Notes: generated by a model not told the origin, from the sequence alone. A stretch of DNA of 64,000 nucleotides from Reclinomonas americana ATCC 50394 (GCA_048213135.1 PS015093.1:1-64000); one strand, 5' to 3'; counted from the stretch's first letter, positions 45,273 through 58,805 are shown. Numbers and translations: made by a program.

Positions 45273-47639
45273 ATGGAGCCCAGTGCGCGCCCGTTTGTGC
45301 TCCACCGCCAACGCTCCTCCTCCACATCCAGTGCATCAGCTGCTGCTCCGATGGCCGCTGCATCAGCTGCTGCAACAGCTGCGGCGGCAGGTGGTGCTCT
45401 CGGAGACTCTCCCGACTCGCCTCTCATCCGCATCGTGTCGGAGATGGTGGGCAGTGGCATAGGAGGCGAGCCAACAGCCTCCACACTGCACTTTAGTGAT
45501 GGTAAACACGCACACACAACGCACGCACACACACAAGAGAGAGTGGAAGGGGAGTTGCCAACTCTCTCTCTCTGTTACAGACACTGCTGGCAACCGCAGC
45601 AGTCGCTCATTCTCACTGGTGCGTCGTGGAGGAGTGCGTTCCATGGCACTCTCCAAAGACGATGCCATGCGCGTTCTGCTCAACTCCTCGTTCTCGGCGT
45701 CGGGTTCGGGGGATTTCACTGGGGATTTGAGCACGCCTTCTTCCGCAGCTGCTGCTGCTGCATCAGCTGCTGCTACTCCGTCGGCGCGACGACCGTGGCA
45801 TCGCCGAGCTGGGCTGCAGTCGTCAAGCAGGACCTTTCATAGCTCGTTGTGTGGCGATGTGGCAATGTCGCCAGCTGTAGTTGGCACGGATTGGTCCGGT
45901 TCGTGCAAGAGCAACAGAGACACAAGCCGTGCCCCATGAGGCCATGACTGACTATCCTTGTGTGTCATGAGGTAGCATTTGGCGAGGAGCATCATGGGCG
46001 GGCGCGGTTTGAGCTGACTCGCGGAACCAAGCTGATGGACGACTATGTGGTGCATGGGCGGTTCGAGACTTTCCGCTCGTCGGCGGTGACGCACAATCAG
46101 GTGGCTGTGGAGTGGATTGAGATGCCGCAGAGTGTGCTTGTGGTGTGCGAGAGCAACTCCGACGACTCCATCTTCAAGCACTTTAATGATGTTGTCAAGT
46201 GCGTGTCCGAGTGTTTTTCACTCTTTTTTTTTTGCTTGGGGAACTCACGTTGTCTCTTGCAGGTTCTTTATCAAGCGCAAGATTCGCGTGTATCGCCCAC
46301 AGGTGGTGGATCGCTCCGAGTTCGAGGTGCTGCCGCCACTGCGAGCAGGTGCGGAAGAAAAAAATGGAAACGTCTCATTTGGGCTCCAACTCACTGTGTT
46401 GGCCGGCAGATGTGCTCAACGACATTTCACTGGTGGTCAGTCTCGGCAACACACGGACCATTCTGCGTGTGGCTGAGGAGTTCCCCCAAGAGCATCCGCC
46501 AGTGGTGGCGTTCCACTTGGATTCTCTCGGGTTTCTGTCGGCATTCGGTGCGTATGTCAATCACACCCTCGCCCACTCCTTTTTCGTGAGAACTGATGTC
46601 CTTCTGGCCTCGCACAGACATTGCCGACTATGAGGAGATTTTGACGCGGTGCATCATGCCGCACTCCAAACTCGGTGTCAGCTGTCTGGCGCGCTTGTCG
46701 TGCCGTCTCATCTCTTACGATCGAGCAACGGGCGAGAAGACAGTCAGTGCGTACAAGCAGTCTATTCACTGGGTTAATGCACTCGCTGCTGACACTCGCG
46801 TGTTCTCTCACAGCTCAGTGCGTGGCACTCAATGACATGGTCGTGTCGCGTGCCGAGGGCTCGATGGTGGTGCGTGCCTTCCTGATTGTACTCCGTGGGT
46901 GCACTGGCTTGAAACTAACCATCTGCGATACAGGTGCTCAACTGCTTCTCGAACGGCACTCCGTTCACCACGGTGCAGGCCGATGGGTGAGTGTCGTCGC
47001 ACGTGAAGGGGAAAGAGTACCACACTCTGCTGACTTTTTGGTGTCGCAGTGTCATCATCGCCACGCCGACCGGCAGCACCGCGTACAGCATGTCGGCCGG
47101 TGGATCGATGGTGCATCCGATGGTGCCGGCCATCCTTTTGACGCCCATCTGTCCGCACACGCTGTCGTTCCGACCGATCATTTTCCCGGACTCCACGGCA
47201 CTCACGCTGCAGGTGCCAATGGATGCTCGGTTCGCATGCACCTCCTCGCCCTGTTCTTTGGCATCACCGCTCACCATGCCGTCTCCTTTACAGAGCTGGT
47301 GCACGAGTGGCTGTGGACGGACGCGACGTGGGTGCACTGAACCCGGGCGACAGTGTGCTGATCTACTTGCATGAGCACCCTGTGCCGAGTTTCGTTTCTC
47401 CAACCCATCGCCCGTCTACTTGCCGTCTCTCACGCTATGCTGCAGTGATCACGTTTGAGGGAGACGGTGGCGAGTCGCAGTGGTTCAACCAGCTGGCGAC
47501 ATGCTTGCTGTGGAACAAGAAAAAGGTGGTGCTCAAGGCCTCCAACAACAAGCCGGCCGACGAGGAGACGCACGCGTCGCCCGCACAAGCCGCGCAACCA
47601 ACACCAGCTGCTGAGGACCGCGAGGTCGTCGGAAAGTAG
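45273..47639 (+). CDS. NAD kinase-like protein with degenerate GGDG motif (probable pseudoenzyme)
   Basis: [22 protein letters not shown] and [30 protein letters not shown]...[13 protein letters not shown] match NADK; the GGDGT position reads GNTRT. Confidence 0.88.
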
Positions 47640-47703
47640 TAAAAAAACAACGCGCATTCTGTTATTGCTTCCCGCATCCCTTCCATCCTCCACACCATCC
47701 CTC

Positions 47704-49055
47704 TCAATCAAACAACAAGCGATTCCGCTGGTCGGCATTGGCACGCCGCACTTGCCGCTCTCGCAGCGAGTCTGGCACCCGCGCCGTGGTGCCGCGATGA
47801 GTGACGAGTCCGCTGACGAACTCGCGCGTGTCGGCCAGCATCTGATCGAGCATGCCGCGGCGCACCGCCTGCCGCACCGAATGCAACGGAATCGTTGGCG
47901 ACGACGACACCGAGGGAGAGTTGGGTGACCGACTGCGCGCCACCGCCGGCTCACGACGCTCCAGTGGCGACGCCGGCAAGCCGCCAGTGATGCTGTCGAG
48001 CACGGCCTCGCGCGTCTCCCGTCGCCGCCGAGTGACCAAGTCACGCAGCAGGCGAATCGACTCGCGCGTCGACTCCTGCTCCTCGCGCACGCGTGCTAGC
48101 CGACGCTCCACCACAAAGCCGTCCTCTTTCAGGCGCTCGATATCCAACGCCAGTCGATGTGCCTCGTCGCCCTCGGCCGCCGCTGCGAAACGATGAGCAG
48201 GGGGTGTGGAAGAGAGGGAGGGGGGACATAGAGACCTTGATGATGCTGCAGCTCAGTCTCCACAATGGCACGCTCCACATCGCGCTGCCGATCGTTGGCA
48301 TCGTTGAGGAGTGACCAGGCGGCCACTCGTTCCGCACTGCGCGGACTCGACAGCATCGTCTCGACACGTCGACGCGTGACTGCATTGTCGAGCAGTGCAT
48401 CGCGCAAATCGACCGTCGCCACCTCCGCCTGCGCCTGCGAGTGCACCGCCAGCGCCGCCCGTCGTCGCCTCGTCTCCTCCAGTCGATTGATATCGGTGCG
48501 CACGCCTTGCAGCTCGTTCAATCGAAACACCTCCTCCGAGGTCAGTTCCGACAGGCGCGTCTCCAGGCGCTGCGTGATGACGAGAGGAGAGGTGAGGAGT
48601 AAGGAAAGCGATGGTTGAGAGAGGGAGAGAGTCGCAACGAGAAGTTCATCGGCGAAATCGATCGGAGTCGGCAGTGGCAACGATGAGTCGTCAAAGAGCG
48701 ATGAGGAGAGTCGTTCATCGACGATGCGTGACTGGGGAGAGAGAGAGGCGATGAGCGTGATGAGCGAGATGAGAGAAAATATGTGATGAGTGTGTGCGTG
48801 TATTACCCGAGGGAGTGGACTGGTGGCCATGCGCAGTGCACGAGCTGTTTGCTCCGCCACTCGCTCCTGCTCGAGGCGATCCAACTCCTGCGATCGTGTG
48901 TCGTGTGGAGGCGTTGTTACTCGCTCGGAACGCACTCTTTTTTCTTTCTCTCTTTCTCTCTGTTTGCATACCTGCAGACGGCGACGTGCCAGCGCCTCCC
49001 GATGATCGGCAATGGCCACTCGCCGATCGAAATCACCTCGCTCCCACAGGTCCAT
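47704..49055 (-). CDS. Coiled-coil protein of unknown function (multi-exon)
   Basis: Arg/Glu/Leu-rich helical exons (MDLWERGDFDRRVAIADHREALARRRLQ|ELDRLEQERVAEQ...; RLETRLSELTSEEVFRLNELQGVRTDINRLEE) separated by GT-AG introns. Confidence 0.6.
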
Positions 49056-49116
49056 TGTTGTGGGTGATAAGGCCCGGAAAATTGTCATTTTTTGCATTTT
49101 CACTTAGTTTTTTTGA

Positions 49117-51690
49117 TCATTGCTGGTCGTGGTAGCCACGCGCCTGCTGTGTCTTGGACTGTGCTCGATCGATACTGTTGGCAATGATCTGTGACCGGTT
49201 CAGCAGACCCCTTGTCTTGTCAATGACTTGCTGGTGACTGATGGAAGGGAGAGGGAGGTATAAGCAACAGGCCACAATCTTCCAAAGACAACGGCGCGAG
49301 ACGTAACATGGAGTTGTGATGCCGGTTAATGACAATGTAGTTGTGCTCCGAATCGATCTTGGCGTCGATACGTGTGGCGCGCATCGACGACGGTGTCCTT
49401 GACTCGAGGTGCGAGTTGCGGATCAGGTTGACCAGCCACACCTCGGCCTGCTCGGGGCCCATGCGCAATCGCTCGGCGAGCATGCTCATGTCGACACGCT
49501 GGTGAATGGCGCAGTAGGTCTCGAAAATCATGGCCTGCGCACTGCTGGTGAACTCGGCCGCAAACGACTCCAGGAAGGGGTCCGTCTTCAACACCTGATG
49601 AGAAGCAAAAGAGTGAGCTGAAAAGGGAAGGGAAGGGTGATGAGGGAAAGGAGTTGACAAACCTCCTCGCTGTCGTGCAGACTCGTCTGCGCAGCCTCAA
49701 AATCGTAGTGCACGTACAGGTTCTCGAGAACCTCCGTCACGGGATCCGAGTAGCGGTACTTTTCCACCTCCAGGAACTGTGCGCGCAATCGACACATTTG
49801 AGCACGACAACCTCACAAGAGTGGTAGTGTGCAGCAGAAAAAAGAGATAGAGATGGTGGTGATGAAAATGTTGCCCCCGTATAGTGCCAAGTATCCACGA
49901 TGGAGCACATCATTGGCTTGGTATGGAGTGAATAAGAGCAGATCATTCTAGGCCATCTAGGTCGCTAATAACCGCACTGAAGAACGGCTGCCAGCTGATG
50001 AGAGGCCGCAGGAATAGGGAAGGAGGGAGAGGGGGACGAGAGGGGGAGGGGAAAAGGAAGAGGAAAAGGGGGAAGAGGGAAAGGGGGAAGAGGGAAAGGG
50101 GGAAGAGGGAAAGGGGGAGAGGGAAAGGTGGGAGAGGGAAAGGGGGAGAGGGGAATGGGAGATGGAAGAGGGAAAGAGGGAAAGCGGAAAGGCAAAGAGG
50201 AAAACAAGAGATGGAGAGGAAAGAGGGAGGGGATGAAGAAAGAGGGGAAGAGGGAGAGGAAGAGGGAGAAAAAGAGGGGGAAAGAGGCTGAGACAAGAGG
50301 GAGTGCACAAAACAAGAAAGCTGGAGAAAGCTGCCAGCTGCTGAGAGGGCTCACAAAAACAGGGGAAAAGCGGGGAGCGGATAGAGAAGGAGAAGTAGAA
50401 GGGAAAGAGGGAGGAAAACGAGCGTGGTCGGTATAAAAAAGCTACAACCAAAGCAGGCTGCTAGCCAATGAGTGGCTTCACAGAAGGAGAGAGGGACAGG
50501 GAAACAGTGCAAAGAGGAAACTCAACACAGCAAAGTCTCTTCCAAAAAAACTCCTTGTCACCAAAAAACTCACCCTCACAAGCCGGTCCAGCGACTTGTC
50601 GAGCGACCTGCGTCGCTTGGCCAGCACCACGGCCGCCGAGACGTAGCGCAGGAGATGCGGGGCCTCCGACTGCAGGGCGTTGGAGAACTTCTCGTCCATG
50701 AACATGTCGACCAGACGGAAGCGGTTCTCGGCATCGGTGCTCTGACCAAAGAAGGCAAACAGCGACCAGTGCATCAGCCATGAGCGGGACACCATCGTCT
50801 CCTTCAGTGTGCGCTGTCCGTTGGCCAACTGCGCGAGAGAAGAGGTGAGTGAGGAGAGAGACAGAGATGGAGAGATAAGGAGACAACTCTCTCACCTGCG
50901 CCTCAATCATGTCGCGCAACGGCGCAATGTCCTCGACAGCCGCCGCCAACGACTCCTCCGTGCCCGTCATCACATCGGCGGCCAGCAAACCCCAGGCCGC
51001 CTGGATCGAGTGGCCCGAGTGCGACGCCAGCGTGCGGAACGCCCTCAGATACACGCCCGCTCGCGCATACTCGCCCGCATCGTACACGGCGCGCGCCAGC
51101 GGATACAGCGCCTCGGCCTCACCGGCTGCCACATTGTGCGCCGAACGCAGGTGATCGGCCGTCAGACGGCTGCTGCTGCGGAGATCCTCCAGCAGCGCGG
51201 CATCGTCGAGCACCGTCAACAGGTTGGCACATCGTGAGCGCATTTCCAGCATATTTGCCACTTGCTGTTGTCTTCTCTGCTGGTCGTCTGTGCGGCGATG
51301 CATCAGTGAGAGTGGAGGAGAGAGGGGCAATGAAGGGAGGGGGGGCGACTGACCAGCATCAGCACTTGTGGCAGTGGCTTTTCTGAGATCATCAATCAAC
51401 TGCACCAGCGCAGTGCCACTGGCGGCCTCCAGTTGTGCGCGCTGCACATCAGCGCGCGGGAACACCTCGCTCTTCTCCACAAACCCCAGCACTCGCAACA
51501 CCTTTTAGAGACAAGACGGAGAAGGGTGAGCATGTCTCGCACATGTGACACATGTCTCACCGACACAAACACACACACAAACACACAAAGTTAAACAAAG
51601 ACGCACCATGTGTCTGTCGAGGAAGGGCGTCATCGTGGCGGCGAGGGAATGCGCCGCACCAGCGGAGGCGGCCCCCGCGGCAGCTGACAT
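49117..51690 (-). CDS. EIF3E: Eukaryotic translation initiation factor 3 subunit E
   Basis: PFLDRHM, YDAGEY, AAWGLLA, RSWLMHWSLF, APHLLRY, YRYSDPVTE, YDFEAAQ, IFETYCAIH, AEVWLVNLIRN, DAKID, HQQVIDKT. Confidence 0.95.
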
Positions 51691-51753
51691 GATGGAAAAA
51701 GTAGATGAGTTACCGGGGTGCAAATTCCAGCACAGACGGTGGTAACCCCGCTC

Positions 51754-52147
51754 TCAGGGTTGCGGCTGGCGACCCATCACGGGAATGCCGACTGCGATCT
51801 CATCGTCATCGTCTGAGTCATAGTCATCGTTGTCTGAGTCATCAGTGGGGAGTGCTGATTCGGATTCGCGGAGAGCGCGATCGAGAGTGAGTGCGGAGAG
51901 TGCGCGTTGAGAGAGGACGATGCGGCGGCGCAGGCGGGTGGCAGAGGAGGAGGAGGAGATGAGGAGGGAGGCGGTCCAGGCGGAGGTGGTGACGAGGAGT
52001 TGAGCGAAGACGAGGATGGCGGCGAACATGCGATGAAAGGAGCAGGACACGAGACGCTTGAGCGATGAAGCCGGCTGCGTGGTCACTGTGTTGATCAGCA
52101 CATAGGTAGTGTGTATCGTGGCTGCAACACTGCAGTACGCAGCATGC
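51754..52147 (-). CDS. Possible small membrane protein exon with acidic tail
   Basis: ...RMFAAILVFAQLLVTTSAWTASLLI...DDSDNDDYDSDDDDEIAVGIPV; no recognisable family and start unclear. Confidence 0.35.
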
Positions 52148-52359
52148 TGTGGAGAGGAACGTGGAGCAGTAAACGTCGACGTCGACGCTTTTTCGACCTC
52201 CTCTTCCTCGCCAGACGCAAGCAACGATGTCTGTGGTAATGTAGATACCAGAGCACTCCCTCTGCTCTTACAAGTCGTCAAGAACAACTCGACAATCTGC
52301 AGGACAGAACGATCTTGCGCGAAGTTCGCCTGACAAGTGTCGCTGCGAGAGCTCGCCAC

Positions 52360-54594
52360 ATGGATCGGTTATCACAACCCGGCAATGGCCGCCCAGACAT
52401 CAACGCACCACCACGCGCACGCGATGTAGAGAGCGGCCGCGGCGACGATGACGCTCCTCCACCTTCCTTTTCCTCTTCGATCCCCATGCTGCGTGTGCCT
52501 GGAGAAGACGCACCTCCTCCCCTTCCACCACTAGCACCTCCATCTGCTCCTCCCGCCCCACCAGCAGCCGATCAACAGCAGCCGCAGCCACAGCCACCAC
52601 CACCAGCAGGCGCACTGGCACAGTTGCAAGCCGATGTGCTCATGCGACTGATGGCGATGCGACATCAAGAGATGCAGCAACAACAGCAACAGCAACAGCA
52701 GCAGCAGCAGCAGCCTCCACTGCCCATGCAGTCACCGTCGACTGGAGCACAACGAGGTCAGTGAAACTTGGTGGGGTTTGCATTGACATCAAAGTGACTT
52801 TGATGGTTGTTCACAGGGTGGAGTGGGGTGGAGGCGGTGTTGTCGCGTGTGGCGGCGGATGCGTTTGCGGGAGTGCCGTCGCCGAATGGACCCGACGAGA
52901 CCACGGCGCATACGTCGATCGCGTTTCTCACGACTTTGGCGCTGGTGTTGCTGATCTTTATGGCGTTTCTCGCCAAGCACATCAGCGGTGCGTGTGTGGG
53001 GGGGAGGTGGATGCAGGGAGAGATGCGTGCTCATGCGTGCGTATGCAGGGATTCTGACGTTCATCTGGTTCTACCTGTTCCTGGCCGAGCTAATGTCGTC
53101 CACGCGAAAGCAGCTGGCGAGTGCACCAGTTGCGATAGTGATTGCCGCCGTGTCTTCTCGTTGGCGAGTCTCTCACGTGCACGCAGAGGGATCGGTCGCT
53201 GTTGGTGTGTGTGCTGCTGATGCTGGGCACTCTCTTCCAGGCCGGTGTGATGCTGCTTGTGTCGCAGTTGCGTCGCTGAATGGAGGCTGGCAGGCAAGAG
53301 GATCGTGTGTGCTCACACGTGCGTGCGTGCGTGCGAGGCAGTGAGGACCAGCTGTACAAGATGTTGATATTCCAGGCGCCGATAGAGAAGATGAGGGACT
53401 CGCTGTTGTCGACCTTGGTGCGTTGGTGCTGATGGGGGAGGGGTGCAAATCACGGCAGCGCGACTCATCGTACACGCGCAGTGGTACTGCGTCATGAGTG
53501 ACATGGTGTTGCGGTACATGTCGTGTGCATTGAAGCTCACGATGCTGCCGTTCATGTGCTGCCAGCAGCGGCGAGTGGTGCGTGTCTCCCCTCGCCGTCT
53601 CCTGTGAGGTTGTGCTGACCTTGTATTGCAGAACCGTGTGTACGCCTTCTTGGAGACGATACTGTACATCTATCGAGCTGCTGTGCCGGTGTACCCGTGG
53701 GTCGCGTATCTCGAGAGGGCGCCCGACAACGAGCTCTTCGGCTACATGTTGTGGGGCTTCTACGCTGGCTTGAAGTTCAACTTGGCCGTCAAGTCATTGA
53801 AGCAGGTCGTGCTCTCCTTCCGCTCTCTCTTCTCGTCGACCTCGGTGAGTGGCGGATTTTTGGCACAGGGGAGTGTGCGTTTGATCTCATGCTGATGTCG
53901 ATGCAGCGCTTTGGCACGTACCTGACGGCCGAGGAGCAGGAGCGGCATGGTGAGTGGTCGGGGAGCGGGGAAGAGAAGGCGTGTTATCGGCGGTGCAGAA
54001 ACGAGTTCAGTGGGTCGCTGTGCTTGCCGTCATGTCATGAGAAGGAGGATGAAGAGAATGGAGGCGTGAGAGTGGAGATGAGAGTGGAGATGATGAGAAA
54101 GGTCGAGAATGGCGAGTGGGTGGAGAAAGCGTTGCAGATTATCGTGGGGAAGCGGAAGGAGTTGAGAGAAGACGGAACGGTTGAGAGGATGCAATGGACG
54201 AGGCGTTAATGAGATCTTGCTGGGGGATTATGATGGGCTCGGATGATGTGCGCTGAACTCACTGCCTTGCAGACGACATTTGTGCTATTTGCCAGGAGAG
54301 TCAGCTCACAACGCCGACGCGTCTGGGATGTGGGCATGTGTTTTGCGAGCAGTTGCGACGCGTCGTGAGAGGATGAAAGCTCGCTTGCCGATTCCTCACT
54401 CTTCTCGCAGATGTCTCGAGGAATGGATTGTCAGGCATCCGCACTGCCCTGTATGTCGCGCGCCGTGCAGTGATGCTGTCCGCCACTCCAATGTGGATGG
54501 GTGAGTCTGTGTCGACACTGTTGATAACGTAGTCTTGTGCTCACCGCGGTGTGTCCGTGCGTGCAGGTTTTCTTCGGCCCAAGTGTATTGTTGA
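52360..54594 (+). CDS. RING-finger transmembrane E3 ligase, RNFT1/RNFT2-like
   Basis: Several TM helices, then C3HC4 RING ICAICQE...LGCGHVFCE|CLEEWIVRHPHCPVCRA, and terminal DGFSSAQVYC*. Confidence 0.8.
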
Positions 54595-55594
54595 GAAAAA
54601 GGAGTGAATAGAGAAACAATTTGCAAGGGGCGCAGCTTTCAGAGGTTGTGGATTCCGCTGCGCGTTGTGAACTTATCTTGCCAGGTTGAGGAGCGAAGGG
54701 GGAGCTGGTGCTTCTAGACAGCTGTCGGTGCCGCCCGGTCAAGAACATAACTGGTGTAGGAGGGAGGAGCTGTTGCATCATGTGATTCTGCAGTACGTGA
54801 CGAGTTTCCTGATGCCCCAGAGTCAATGAGTGCAATCTGCAACAGCCGTGGAAGGGAGCAAGTTGCAGGCTACGAGTTTGTGGGATTTGCAACATGTTCC
54901 TTGTGGGTCGAGACACCAGTGGAAGAGAGGAGCTGCCGCGTCTGGTAAGCTGGGCTCTGCAGTATGTTTCTATACTCCTGGTGAGTGTGCGGACAGTGAG
55001 ACCTCTGTGACGTTTGATCGCGCGGGTTCTTTGAGCCTGCACGTTACGAATTCCGTATTATGTCGCCGCAAGTTGAAGAGTGTGTGCTGCGGTCGGAGGG
55101 AAGAGGTTTCTCTTGCGAGCTTGCAAGTTCTGCGCTGCGGATGCGGAGTCGCTATGCATATGGTGAAGAGTGTGTTCTGCAGCGGTGCTGGGAAGAACAG
55201 TTGTCGCCTCCTGCAAGTTTGTGATTCTCGCAGCACACTTGGAAGGGATGGCATTAATATTTTCTTGCAGAACAAACACTTCATTCACCACATTCCAATC
55301 ATGCGACAAACGCCCGCAAATCCCTTGCCGACAATGACCTTGGCACGCCAACAATTGGGCTATGTAAGTTAAGGCTGATCATGAACTGCAGCTGGAGATA
55401 TCGACATGACGGCAGAGCGACTTGAAGCATGCCTTGGTTCTGCAACTCGTTTCCGGTGATGCCTTGTAATGCATCCACTCTCGTCACAGCATACGCCGTC
55501 AAGAAAACCTCGCCTTCCTCGACCGCGAAGTCGACGTCGCTGCATATTCTATTGCATTGATCCGCGATTCTAATCATTTCACTTCCCCACCAAC

Positions 55595-57091
55595 ATGTGC
55601 GCCCGCGTCGCCCCTCCCGCCGACCTGCTCACCTTCCGCCCTCTCACTCCCGAGAAGAGCTTCCCGCTCGTGGTCTCGCCCAAGCCCGACCTCGGCTGGC
55701 TCGGCCTCTCCTGCGCCTCTCTCGAGTTTCTCCTCGAGTTCATCAAGCATCACCAGCAGGTACACAGATGCACACACGCACAAAGAGAGAGAGGAGGGGG
55801 GGGAAGAGAGAGACACTCACTCTGTGTGTGCGCAGGAGATGCGTCAGCTGATGATTGAGCACGGTGCATTGCTCTTCCGCGGCTTTGCAGTGCACACTGC
55901 AGAGGAGTTTGAGCAGGTGGCGCTGGCCTTGGAGCCCAATGTTACGCTCTCCCTCCGTGCGCAAGACACACCCTCACTGCTCAGTGCTCATTCTGCGCGC
56001 TGTTGCTGCACAGCTCGGGCAAATGTATCTCGGCACCAGTCCGCGCAATCGCATCACGCAGTTCACCTTCAGTGCCAGCGAGTTGCCGCCAGTGTTCCCC
56101 ATTCCTCCGCACATTGAGGTACTCTTTGTGTCACAATATATCTGTGAGCTGCATTACTGACACGCATGCGCGCGCCAAAAAAGATGTCGTTCCTGGAGAA
56201 AAACCGCCCGGATAAGCTGTTCTTCTGGTGTGGTATTGCGCCGGAGACGGGCGGCGAGACGGCGCTTGTCGACTTTGCGCAGGTGTGGGAGGACCTCGAC
56301 CCGGCTGTGCGTGAGCAGTTCCGCGATGGCGTGCACTACTACCGCAATTACACGGGGTAAGTAAGGGAGGTCGTACATGAACGTGACAGGTGGTTTGCTG
56401 ACTCTTTCTTGCATGCACAGACCCGATGAGATGAAGCTCGACCCGGTACGTTGAAGCTCACATTCATACTGTTGCTTTCGACACGGCACTCATCTGTTGT
56501 TGTCGTGCAGTGGAAGCTGAAGAAGTGGCCGGAGATTTTCGAGACCACCGACAAGCAAAAGGTGGAGGAGACGTGCCAGCAGGACGGCATCAAGGTGCAA
56601 TGGATGGAGCATAATCGTCTGCGCCTGTCCAACCCGGGACCCGGTTTCCGCCCGCATCCCGTGACGGGTCGCGAGGTGTTCTCCAACCACTCGTGCGTCT
56701 TCCACCCGACGCAGGCGTTCCAGGAGTACCACCACATTGCGAAGCGCACGGGTCTCCTCCGTCACTGGATCATGTTCATCCTGCTGTACGTGCTCACCTT
56801 TATTCGCCGCCTGATTCAGTCGGAGAAGTCGCAGGGTGCGTGGCACGTGCAATTGATCTCTCACCCCCTTGCTTCGTTGTCTCACCTCTTGCCCCAGGCA
56901 TGAACTGCCTGTGGCACAACGAAAATCCGATTCCCGATGCCGTCATGTCGCACGTGCGCGACGTGTGCTGGCGCCACACCGTGTTTCCGGCGTGGAACCG
57001 CGGCGATGTGTGCATGATTGACAACCATCGCCTGGCGCACGCTCGCATGCCGTACTCTGGCCCGCGCCGCATTCTGGTCGCGTGGGGATAA
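55595..57091 (+). CDS. TauD/TfdA-family (clavaminate synthase/SyrP-like) Fe(II)/2-oxoglutarate dioxygenase
   Basis: HGALLFRGF, GTSPR, IPPHIE|MSF (HxE), KLFFWC...GGET, WNRGDVCMIDNHRLAHARMPYSGPRRILV. Confidence 0.92.
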
Positions 57092-57727
57092 CTGTGATGG
57101 AGAGGAGATTTTTTGTGTTGTCGTTGAGATGGAGATGCGTTCTCTCTGTCATGTTGTCATGTCGTGCAAGAAGTGGGTAAACACCCGTGTGCGATATGAG
57201 AAGGGAGAGGCTAAGAGTGGAATGCACTGCTGGGCAACGGCACGGCAGCAGGCCAGCAGCTTCAAAGAGGGTGTTCAGGGTGGTCAGCAGGAGACGAGCA
57301 AACTCACCTGGATGTTTTTCGGCAACTGCAAGCCGGCACAAGATTGGATGTGCAGTGGCAGCACTCGTAAGCCGAAAGCAAGAATACACAAGGCTGGGAG
57401 CTCTCCGCTCATCAGAAAAGCAGGCTGCTTTCGTTACCATGAAGCAAGCAGCCATATCTGACTGTGTTTGGGCAAGCATCCAGAAGGCTGTGTGCGCAGT
57501 GGGCTACAACGCATAAAAGCAGGAAAGAACGCACAAGGCTGCGACCACTCGGAATCAACAAGCAGTCTGCTGCAAGCGTCAACAGGAAGCAACCATCCAT
57601 TTTGGAGGCGGCAAGAAAACAAACATGCACAAGGCTGAAGATTCATGGCTGACTCAATACCAACGCGACTCCTGCGACGCAGATCGCAACACTCGCCGCT
57701 GTGGTGTTTCCCTTGGCACACATGGTA

Positions 57728-57759
<32 letters not shown>

Positions 57760-58047
57760 GCTGAACTCTGTCAGCCGGGACTGTGTTCGTGGATTACAAA
57801 CACGGCTCTCCCTGCCCTCGATTCCTCTCCTCTCCTCTCCTCATCACTTTCACTCTCTCTCTCTCTCTCCTTCCTCATGCACCATTCTTACTCAGTTCTT
57901 CTTCGTGTCCCCCTTCGCCCGTCTCTTCTCCTCTGTCTCTCTCTCTCCCCTCCGTGTCTCTCTCTCTCTCTCTCTCTCCCTCCCTCTTTGCCTTCCCCAA
58001 TCCCCAATCCCCTTCCCGTCCTTGTGACCAACCACTTCACTCTCCTC

Positions 58048-58593
58048 TCACCCTTGATGCCTCGTAAACGTATAATACAAGCGCTGCTTCACCGTAAACC
58101 TCGACTCCTCCAGCACCTCCACCCGCACATCCTCCCACCGCTGCATCTCCTCCTCTCTGCCCACCACCTGAAAAATCAGCACAACCTTTTCTCCCCGCCA
58201 CACATCACTCCTCACAGAACGCAACATCATCCACGCATCCTCTCTCTGCCCCACCACCTCGCCCTCCAGCAACAACGTCGCATCATCCTGCCCCTCGCCC
58301 GCAGTCACCTGCGACGGACGCACCCATCCACTCAACTGCAGCGCCGCCGCACGCGATTGTAAACGCCCCGCCACGTCACTAACAACCACCGCTGCGGCGT
58401 CGGCGTCCTCCAAAGCCGTTGTTGTTGTGGCGCGAATGAGAAAGCGGAAACGCCTGTACAGTGCCACCTGCGGATCAAAGTACACTGCGCGCTGGCGTTG
58501 CATCCACTCGTGCGCGTCTTTGGGCACGCTGGTGTGTGGGACGGGCACAAGTGTGCTGCGGAGGCGCTGAGCGAGGAGGACCAGTGCGCGCAT
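58048..58593 (-). CDS. Acylphosphatase-fold-like protein, copy 1 (possible 48-nt intron 58215-58168)
   Basis: RRFRFLIR...RAAALQLSGWVRP...LEGEVVGQREDAWMML...RLYYTFTRH follows the acylphosphatase pattern; the catalytic motifs are altered. Confidence 0.6.
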   Translation of the reverse strand: MRALVLLAQRLRSTLVPVPHTSVPKDAHEWMQRQRAVYFDPQVALYRRFRFLIRATTTTALEDADAAAVVVSDVAGRLQSRAAALQLSGWVRPSQVTAGEGQDDATLLLEGEVVGQREDAWMMLRSVRSDVWRGEKVVLIFQVVGREEEMQRWEDVRVEVLEESRFTVKQRLYYTFTRHQG

Positions 58594-58805
58594 GGAAGAT
58601 GGAAGGTTTGTCCTGCACGTGGTCGACGTCTACATCCATCGTGTCTCGACGTCGACAGTGAGATGACTACTGGAGAAGAGTACATTGCGTGTTTATTCTG
58701 TTCTGCCGCGGCAAAGAAATGCCATGTTTTTGCATTGGGATGAATGAACTTCACGCTGTCCTGCACCTTTGTGTTTTGTTTTTTGTTTGTGAGAGCGCCA
58801 GTGCC

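Noticed and set aside
49990-50420. G-quadruplex or regulatory purine tract
   Set aside because: Such GA/CT tracts occur in most long introns here and look like generic polypyrimidine expansions.
54600-55580. Possible gene between the RING ligase and the dioxygenase
   Set aside because: Only short ORFs without motifs; I could not build a consistent spliced model.
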